Translations under genes and position numbers: made by a program
Assembly (NCBI GenBank): GCA_028534125.1
Contig: CM052824.1
Coordinates: 60,512,001 to 60,576,000, forward strand
Direction: 5' to 3'
DNA from: Lama glama
Taxonomy: Eukaryota
DNA length: 64,000 nt
Shown here: piece by piece, positions 40,501 through 64,000 of the stretch
Layout of the letters: each line of letters starts with the position of its first letter
Position numbering within the stretch: position 1 is the first letter of the stretch
The notes under the pieces: generated by a model
Seen by the model: only the letters and a program-made list of their open reading frames with translations
The model's database searches: none
Told to the model about the DNA's origin: nothing

Positions 40501-43500
40501 TATACAATCAGACTTCCCCAAACAGGGCAGAACAGACGGTCTCTACCTGAGTCTTCCATCAAGGAAGGGTCCACTTTTGGAGAAAGGAAGGCTATGAAGA
40601 GGTTGAGATGGTAGATCCCCAGGGCGTAGGTCACGATGTACCAACCCTGGAAGAGAAGCGGACGCAGTCAGTGACACCACCCTGGAGGGGCCCCTGGTCT
40701 GGACAGAACCTGAAGCACGGGGGTCACAAGTGAGGGAAGGACAGCAAACGTCCCAGGTGACAGCTTCTCTCAAACTGTGCAGTGGGTCTTAAGAGTGGAC
40801 AAGCCAGGGTCCAAACAGCAAGTGCCTCCAAACACCCATCAGACGCACCCAGTACCTACAGCCACCAGCACCTCCCGCCGGGAACGCAGTGGAAAGGAGG
40901 CGTTTCTCAAAGCCACCGCCCGAGCTGCACCAGGGACTCCTGCGTGAGGACAGGCATGGCTGGACACAGAGGACACTGCTGCACACGCCAGGTCACAAGC
41001 TCTGCCCAAGGCCAACAGCTGACCCAACCCGACAGGGCCTGAACCGTCCTCAAGACACGCTGGCCCAGACTCCCGGGGGCGACGCACACCGCCGCCGCCA
41101 CTGTCAGGACTGCTAATAACCTCTGCCCGGAAGAAATCCAGAATCGAGAAATCAGGGAAGCCAGGCAAGGTCAGAAGCGCTGTGGGGGCAAACCTTCCTC
41201 GGGGGACAAAGAAGGGACGTGCCTGCACGCCCGCCGCCCACACAGCAGCCAGCGCCCCGACAGACCCGGCCGCACGGCCTGACCTATTCCACTGACGGCC
41301 AGTGAGTCTTCTTTTAACGGAAGCACCAGGGATGGAACCAGGACCCCGTGCATCTACGCACATGCTCTCCCACCAAGCTATGCCCTCCTCCCGCCTTATC
41401 CATTTTAAGAGCCTAAAAATTTTCCTGCAAACAGGATGGGATCTTCCTGCTTTAAATGTTTCCAGGTCAGACAACTGAGAACCAGCTGACAGAAGTTACC
41501 AGTTCCACGTTCACACAGCTCCAACTCACAGGGCTGGAGGGAGGCCCAGTCGGTTATAAACTCAGTTTGCCACACAGGGACCCAACCTGTGTGGGAGGCA
41601 TCTCTGCCCCCTCCCGAATTCCCCAGATCAAGATTTCTAGGTCATTCTTCCCATCAGAGAATGGACCACGGTCCAAATTTTTTTTTTAATCTGAAACCAA
41701 TCACAGAAAATTTAACATTAATTGCAGACACCCAAACAGACCACGTCCCCGGCCTTCGAGGGGAACCAGGGTCAGGCCTCTTCAGAACACGCGCACAGGT
41801 AAGAGCGCCCGGAACAGGTTCCTACGTTTAGTCTAGGCAGGAATTTCCCACGGTACCAGACAAGCACAGCACCCAGTAAACGAAGTCTCCGTCCAGGTGC
41901 CCACAACCTCCTCAATCCTGGGGGTACCGGGGGGGGGTCTCTTTCCGTGACCAAAAGTCTTTCCCAGCCCCAGGAGAGAGAAAGCTCTGGACAAGGCCTC
42001 AACCTGCCGTCCTCTGGACACGAGGCAACGCTGGCTGACCTCCTCTCCGGGCCTGCGGAGAGATCCCACCTGGAACCCAGGTGGTCACCAAGGGCTCAGG
42101 GAGGAGGCCCTCCGGCACCACCACCAGCACTAAACCTGGCCTTCCTCGGGCACCAGCACGGCTCCCGGCACCCAGGCGTGATGAGCCGACCCACGAGTCT
42201 CCAGCCCCCAGAGTCCCTAGGCCGGGCTGGGGATGCCACAGGGTCCGCTGTGCAGACTGGGACGCCAGAGGGCGCCACCCAACTCGCCGGGCCCTAGGCT
42301 GACCCGGAGACGACCCTGGGAGCCCCAGCACCAGAGCGTGAGGAACCCCAGGCGAAGTGTGAACAATCCCAGTGTGAAGGACGGGCACCGACACTTCCCT
42401 TACGTTCAGTGCTCAGCCGGAAAGTGATCGGTAGAGAGCACTTCCTGCAACACAAACCCTGAGCGCAGAGACGGGGCAAAGACAGCGGCCCCCCCACCGC
42501 GGCCACACTCACCTGCAACAGGTAAACTCGAACCATGTAGACGAAGCTCAGGCCCAGCGTCACCACCCACCGCAGGGCCGTGTGAGGCGTGGACTTGTCC
42601 AGCCAGGACTGATAGATCTGGAGGAAGGAGAGTTCCCGCGCGTCACAGAGCCCGCCGCGCCTCCCGCAGTGCACCCCCCGCGCTCTCTGCTTCAGGCTCC
42701 AAGTCACCAACACAGAGCAGTGACTACGACTCATCCAAATTTTATCTGGAATAATTCCTGAGGCAGCTCCATCCCTTAAGCAAAAATATTACCAGAGCAC
42801 CTCTCACAGTAGGTGGTGCCACAGCACTGGCCGGAGGGGTCGCCACGGGGAGACCTGACTTCAGCCACGGCGAGGACTGGCCTGAGGACGGCAACGGGGA
42901 GCCGCCACGCCGCCACCTGCACACAGGACTCCGCCAACGCCCGCTGCTCTCGGGGCCAAGCCCACCCCCCAGCCCCAGCCGCCCGAGCTCCGCGGGACCA
43001 GAGCAGCGTGGAGCTTAGTTTCACAGGTGCACACGCGTGTGTCCGTGCGCGGGTGTGTATCTGTGTCCGTGTACACGTAACTAGTGTACATGTGTGTGGT
43101 CTGACTTTAATTCTGAAACTTTAATTGTGAAATTCAACCTCTCATAAAAGTAAAGAGAACATGTGGCCCCACGCATGCCATGACCTGGCTTCAATAATTA
43201 TCAGGTTTTCCAGGTGCTATTTCTTAATTTTAAAAATCAGTACACTCTCAGTTCTGAACCCACACATCGGTACATGCACCTCTTCACCAAGTCAGACTTC
43301 CTCCTCTAAGACGGAAGCCCACGCACGGTGTGGAGCGCTGCGGGCCGCTGCAGCCTGGTCTGGCTGAGCACGAGCGCAGACTGGGCGAGGGGCTGTGGGC
43401 CCGCCCCCGGGCCGAGGCGACGTGGATGTGGGTGGCGGGGAGAGGCGACATCAAGGGCAAAGCAGGACCTGCCGAGTCTGCGCCACCCAGGAGCTGAGAA

Positions 43501-43859
43501 CGGCTTCCACGTTTTAAAGGTTGTTGGGCAAAGATGCAGAAAACAAGGATGTGAGCTAGGCTGCGTGGGCCCCCAGGCCTGAACCACTCACTGCGTGCGC
43601 TCTGCAGGAGACACGGGAGGCTCCCGGCGGTGGGAGGAGGTGATTCTGAGAGTGAACATGAGACCGAGGGAGGCGACCCTATCCGTGGGGACCTATCCGT
43701 GGAGACCGCCAACACGCACACCCCGGGCAGTGTCCAGGGGCCAAATGTTTACACGATTCAGCCACCCAAAAAACCCACCTGTCCAAGTCTCGTGAAGAAT
43801 CTGTACACCACGGAAGGCTTCCCATGGACGGACTCCCCCACGCTGTCACCTTCGGACAT
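37493..43859 (-). CDS. RER1: Retention in ER sorting receptor 1, complete spliced CDS: complement(join(37493..37582,38190..38325,39249..39327,40547..40646,42513..42617,43779..43859))
   Basis: Exons 81+105+100+79+136+90 = 591 nt = 196 aa + [30 protein letters not shown]...[16 protein letters not shown]...[14 protein letters not shown]. All introns are GT..AG and in phase. Confidence 0.98.
38190..38325 (-). CDS. RER1: RER1 exon 6
   Basis: [45 protein letters not shown]; ttaag| and |gtaaaa. Confidence 0.97.
39249..39327 (-). CDS. RER1: RER1 exon 5
   Basis: [27 protein letters not shown]; ttcag| and |gtgagt. Confidence 0.97.
40547..40646 (-). CDS. RER1: RER1 exon 4
   Basis: [33 protein letters not shown]; ccag| and G|gtagag. 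Confidence 0.97.
42513..42617 (-). CDS. RER1: RER1 exon 3
   Basis: [35 protein letters not shown]; ccag| and |gtgagt. Confidence 0.97.
43779..43859 (-). CDS. RER1: RER1 first coding exon (exon 2)
   Basis: ATG at 43859-43857; [27 protein letters not shown]; donor CAG|gtgggt. Confidence 0.97.
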
Positions 43860-45021
43860 TCTGGAAATAGAATACGGACTTTTAAACAAAGAGCGCCCAC
43901 GGGTTTGCTCACCTCACCCTCTTCCAGCACCACTGCACGGGTCTGCTCAGTGCTCATGCTGCACCCCCGCCCCTGCTTCCGTCCGTGTCCACCGCAAGTC
44001 GGCCGGGGAAAGAAGCAAGCAGGCAATGCGCTCTGGCAGAGAGCCAGGAGGGCAGGCGGCGCACCAGCGGCCCTAGGCGCATGCCCGCCTCTGCCAGTGG
44101 CCCTAGGAGCCACCCTCACAGACTAGGGAGTCCTGTGGATTCGACTCTGTGTCCACCTCCCTGGGGCTTGCCCACTGCGTGGACCGCTGCACCTGCCTCT
44201 CCCAGCACCGCCTCCGGCCGCTCCCAGGGCCCCCCTTGGTACCCCTCTCTCCTCTCAGCGCCACCCGATCCCCGACCAGCCTGCTCTCCACTGTGCCGGC
44301 AGCCAGCTGGGCACCTCCTGCTCCTCCCAAAACCAGGTCCCACTCCAGGAACAGGCCATGTCACACGTGATCTCAGGTAATCAGCCAACCTGTCCCAGTT
44401 CCTTATCTGTGTGTGGAGGTAATCCTATCTGCTCCTGCCCGTTCCAGCCACTGTGTGACTCTGTGTGACACTGTGAGGACTTAGCTTCCAAGAACCCAGG
44501 CCACCAGGTGAAGCGAAGGGCACTGTCACCCCCGTTTCATGAAAGAGGGTCAGGCCTCAAACAGTTTAGGCCACTCGCTCAAAGTCCAGCAGCTCTGCCA
44601 GTGGGTGGCCGGAGCCCAGCCTGACCTCACACCTCCAGCCCCGCACGGCGCCGCTGGACCACGGGACAAGAAGGATCCGGGGGACCCGGTCACTTGCCAT
44701 CCCTAAGCCGGTGAAGACGCCAAGCAAGCTCATGCCGCGGCACCTCGGCAGGGCTGGGGAACAGAAGTGGACTCTGGCTCTGACTATGCTTCCAAAGCCC
44801 CCGAGCGGCAAGGCCTTAGTCTGCTCGTCTGAAAGGCACGGCAGCCCTTCCCATTTGGACAGAAAGCTGCAGTTCACGATGCCCGAGCTGCCCCATCAAC
44901 TGGCCTGTTCATGGCAGGGCCGGAGCATGAACCACGCCTGCCCACACTTCCCGGGCACGTCCGCACTGCGTGCACTCACTAAGCTAGCAGGCTCACAACG
45001 TGGTCCTGGCCCCAAGCGGAA

Positions 45022-45176
45022 CAGGTGACCCAGGAGCACCAGCCCCTGCAGTCGAAAATCCAAGTACAACTTTACGGTCAGCCTCTGTATCCCAGGATCA
45101 CTCTACGTATTTCAGGAAGAACATTCACAGTAAGTGGGCCCACGTACTCCAAACCCGTGTAGCTCAGGGTCAACTA
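45022..45176. mobile_element. Tigger-derived MITE (MER8/Tigger2-like)
   Basis: Imperfect inverted ends caggtgaccc / gggtcaacta; internal gcagtcgaaaatcc and aagtgggccc...caaacccgtgt. Confidence 0.65.
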
Positions 45177-46129
45177 CACAGCTCAGGTATTAAAATAACC
45201 TGAGCGGTCCCACCGCACACATCGCCACACTTGTGTTACCAAGTGAAACCATGACTTCACGCCACCACTTCCTGGAGCCCTGGGCAGAGGGGCTGAGTGC
45301 CGAGAAGGAGACCCAGAAATGCCCTTTGCTCTCATGGGAGTCACGACCAAACTGAACAGGCGACCTGTGGCTCCTGGTCCTGTCTTTTTGGAAAGTTTGT
45401 TTTTATATTCAACTGGGGAGAATTCCGTATCTTAAAAGGGGCTAAATTAGAAGCTGTTACCTAGGAGGGCCAGCCACCCAACCAGTAGGCCAAAGCCTGA
45501 CCAACAGAAAGCGACATCAGCAGTGTCCTCAGCCCTACAGTTCCCTAGGAATTTCTCCTTATCTTACTTCTTCAAGACCAAAGTGCTTCCCATTAAAGTG
45601 GTTTTACTTAAAAGGAGGCATTGAGAGCAATGCTAGAGAGAAGACACTTGGCTCTTCCTTTACAGAACGTGCCCTAAGCAGAAACAGCTGCCCACACGTC
45701 TCATTCTTCCACCTGAACGTGTGGAAGGCCTTCCAAGCACACGTTGGCTGATTCCTAACCACCTGACAGACGGCACGTGCGTTAAAGCGTGGCCCCACAC
45801 CTGAGATGGACTCACCATCACTGACAACATCAGGAGTATGAACTTTGGAGCCAAACGGCCGCCTACAGAACCCCGCTCTGTCACCATCTAGCAGTGGCCC
45901 GAGTCTCTCTCAGCACACCCACTCCAGTCTGTGCAGTGGGGCACAGCACCTCAGCACCCTCTCCAAGGCCTCTGGCGGGGACTCTGTGGCCACCGCGTTA
46001 GCATCGGCTCGGGGCCTGGCCCTGAGGCCAAGGCAAGGAGCAGGCGGGCCTCCCTCAAACACGTCAGACTTGTTCCTGGGTCAGGGTGCCCTTTGCACCA
46101 GCTGGTCTGCCGGCAGTCCTCTTTCCTCT

Positions 46130-46380
46130 GCTGTTAAAGGGCCGCCTCTTCAGTGAGGCCCTCCGTGACTGTCCAGCTGGCACAGACCCCTTAGGTCACA
46201 TCACCCTGTCTTATTTTGTGTGACAGGCATTTCTAACTTCTTCCCAGTGTACTTCTCTGTTTCCTCCTACTAGAATGCAAGCCCCTTGAGGGGAGCCTTG
46301 TCTGGCCCACTGCTGGGCCCTACGCCTACACGGGCCTGTCACATAGCGAGCAGCCAGTAAGCTGTCTGCCAAGCTCAACT
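46130..46380 (+). mobile_element. LINE-2 3' end remnant
   Basis: ctactagaatgcaagccccttgaggg...gcctgtcacatag; similar remnants at about 11780-11830 ((TTCA)n) and 48480-48700. Confidence 0.65.
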
Positions 46381-47277
46381 GCTTCAGGCTCAGTGACTTG
46401 AAGACCAACTAGAAACCAAGACAAACCAATCCAAGCAGAGACCACAAGCGTCACTTGCGGAGTTGTAGCAAAACTCACCAGATGCCTAGTTCTCCAGCCA
46501 TCGCTGCACCTGCTTCTGGAGTGGTCCTCACTCCTCAGAGAATCGCACACACAGGAGCAGCCTGGCATACGGGTCATCAGTTTGCCTCCCACCACTTTTC
46601 CTTCATCTCCCCTCCCCTCATTCCTTGCGGGTCGCAAGCACAGTAATTTCACACACTTTCAACCTCTGATGCTGTTCCCTCCGCTGATACTGCCCTTCCA
46701 GAGCTCACAGACTCCCTCGGCAAGGCCCCGGGGGTGGCTCCTCCCTCCCCTGAGCGTGACCACCTTCCAGTCTCCACCTGCCCTGGCCACCCTGGACCTG
46801 CACTCACAGGATCTGGAGACCTTGATTCACCTACGGGGAGCCGCCTTACACACCCCTCACGAAGTGAAAGACCAACTCGACTGAGAAGCAGGCGCCCCGG
46901 GAAACTCCCAGGCCCAGGCGCCAGGGCACGCTTCCAGAGGGCAGCTCTGGGCAGGTGCGCGGGGCGCCGTCGGGCGAGTCAGCCCGAAGCGCTAGTGATC
47001 TTCGTCCGCAGAATCGCCAAGAAGCGACCCCGAGCGACCCAACTTCATCGCGACGCTTCCTCCCCAAATCGCGCAGGCCAGCCCTGGATGAGCGAGGACA
47101 CCCAGGGCCCCCGGGCCCGGGCCGGGAAGCCGACCCCTCCCAGGACGCGCCCGCGGAGAGCGGAGGGCGGGGGACCGGTCACCGCGGCGACCCCGGGGGC
47201 CCGGCCCAGCCTCCTGCCCCGCGCTCGGTCCCCAGGCCCCCGGGCCCCCCGCCCGGCCCCGCCTCGCCCGCCGGCAC

Positions 47278-47440
47278 CTCGCGGTCCGCTGCGGCCGAGC
47301 GCGGTCTCCCGAGCGCCGCGGGAAGGAGGACGCGGGTGGCGGCCGCGCCGGCGCTTGGCTGGGTCCGGGAAGGGGCTGCCGAGCACTTCCGCTCCGTCCT
47401 GCGCGGCGCCGCCTCCCGGGCCTCCAAGATGGCCACCGGG
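47278..47440 (-). other. RER1: Probable RER1 non-coding exon 1 (TSS approximate)
   Basis: Lies in the CpG island; donor GAG|gtgccg at 47277. The ATG exon begins with an acceptor, so an upstream UTR exon is required. Confidence 0.7.
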
Positions 47441-47705
47441 GCGGGGCCAAGAGGCTCCAACAATTTCCGCTTCCGGTGCGGCGCCCAGGCCGTTGGCGAG
47501 GCGGTAGAGGCGGCGGAAGGGACGTACGCGGCGGAAATTCGCTGTGATGCGCAAGCGCAATCGCGTCCTCTGGCTCCGGGTCCGGACAGCTCCACTCCAG
47601 AGATTGTTATCGCCCAGAGACTGAGCTCGAGGCCACGCCCCTCGAGACCAATGAGCCAGTGGAGGAGGACTATGTGGTTGCTAAGGGAAACCTTCAAGCG
47701 GCAAG

Positions 47706-62461
<14,756 letters not shown>

Positions 62462-62919
62462 TAAGCAGTGAAAGTGCAAACAAGATGCACAGGTGGCCTC
62501 GCAGCCCGGCTGCGCCGAAGTAACCCTGTGGGGCGTCCTTGTCGCCAGAGTCTCAGCTGAAGGGCAGCAGGCGTGCAAGCCCTGGGCTGACAGGAGCGTG
62601 TGGGCTGTGTGGGCACATGCGTGTGTGTGTGTGCAGGTCACGCAAAAAAAAAAAGAGTCCAGAAGGAGGCGGTGCCTGGACGTAACCGCGCAAGGGGGGG
62701 GCTTCTCGCTGTCTTCCGGGGGGAATCGAGGAGGGACAGATTCCCACGTGTCGGGGCTGCTCCTGATCAGCCCTGCAGCCAAGCAGAGGACCGACAGCAC
62801 TTAACACCGGAGAGTGGAGAACAGAGCACCTGGGCGGGGGCAGGCGGGGCGCCCGTGGCTGAGCGCTCGTCCTTGGTTCCAAACATGGAGCAGCTCAGAC
62901 TCGGGAGCCCCGAAGGAAG

Positions 62920-64000
62920 CATGTATCAAACGTGTTCAGTCACAATTGCTCTAGTTTACCAGCTTCATTGCAGTGTCGTTTATATGCCCTGGAACCCATC
63001 TGTATGAAGCGATCCAATGATGGTCAGTGAGTTTGGGGAACCAGGTGACCGTCGCCACGCCAGTCTGGTGTCAGGGCACTTCCTCCCCGCCAAAAGAGCC
63101 CTGGTTCCTGCCTCCAGCCATGCGCCTGCCCCACGCCGGGCACCACGAGTGTGCTGCTCTGCGTGTGGATGGAGTCTCCCCCTGTGGGGTCACGCTCGGC
63201 CCCTCGCTCCCGTGTCAGTGCCCCTGTCCCCTTTCTGGACCAGCCGCCTCTCCTCCTCTCCGCCCGGCACCCCTGTCCACCCGCGTCTGTGGATGACATT
63301 CGGGTCCTTGGCACTTCTTGGCCACTGTGAACAGTGCTGCTGTGAAGGTCCGCGGGCAGGTGTTTGTGTACATGCATTTTGGTTTCTCTTGGGTTTATAC
63401 TTACGAGTGGAATTGCTGGATCATATAGTAGTTGTGTGTTTAAATTTTTCAAGAAACAGGTGAACTGTCTTCCAAAGTGGCTGCACCGTTTTACCACCCC
63501 ATTAGCCACATGGGACGAGGATTTCTCCTCGTCCTCATCAAGGACTCGGCACCCTGAGGCCATCCAGTGACCTCTCCGTCTGGGTTTGACTCGCATTTCC
63601 CTGAAACTGCTGGCGTTGAGCAGCTTTCCGAGTGCTTGTTGGCCACTTGTATGTCTTCTGCTGAGAAATGTCTATTCATGCATTCCAGCCGTTTTTTAAA
63701 TGGGGTTGTTTGTCTTAGTTTTTAGTTGCACAAGCTCTTATGTATTCTGGATACAAGTCCTTCATCAGATACACCTTTGCAAATACTTTCTTTCAGTCTG
63801 TGGCTTATCTTTTCATCTCCTTAATGTTGTCTTTTGAAGTGCAAACTTGTACAATTTTGATAAAGTCCAGCTTGTCCATTTTTTCTTTCACAGGCCGTCA
63901 TCTTGGTGACGTATCTAAGGATTCTCAGCCCAAGTTCACAGAGACTTTCTCCTCTTTTCTTCTACAGCTTTTGCTCTTCGTCTAGGTCTGTGATTGTTTT
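62920..64000 (-). mobile_element. Old LINE-1 fragment (ORF2 C-terminal region), runs off the window
   Basis: MNRHFSAEDIQVANKH and FLKNLNTQLLYDPAIPL are degenerate L1 ORF2 motifs. Confidence 0.88.

Overview
This is mammalian genomic DNA, very GC-rich and subtelomeric in character. It is not prokaryotic, so nearly all of the ORF track is noise from GC-rich introns. The gene order matches human 1p36.32. It holds a complete PEX10 gene (+, 6 coding exons, 326 aa, intact C3HC4 RING) and a complete RER1 gene (-, 6 coding exons plus a 5' UTR exon, 196 aa), tail-to-tail with PEX10. It also holds MORN1 exons 1-8 (+, runs off the window), head-to-head with RER1 on a shared CpG-island promoter. I checked all coding exons for GT/AG boundaries and phase. 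By synteny, bases 1-30,000 should be the distal 5' region of PLCH2 (- strand). No core PLCH2 exon is present, but there are candidate alternative 5' exons at about 6.9, 14.3 and 18.1 kb. A tRNA-derived SINE resembling camelid Vic-1 suggests a camel, alpaca or llama genome (inference). Repeats include a nested Charlie1/ERV-LTR/SINE stack, a second solo LTR with intact promoter motifs, MLT1, a Tigger-type MITE, and L1, L2 and MIR remnants. Repeat family names and comparisons with human come from recalled sequences, not from searches. I see no convincing previously undescribed biological system; the best leads are regulatory or isoform-level.
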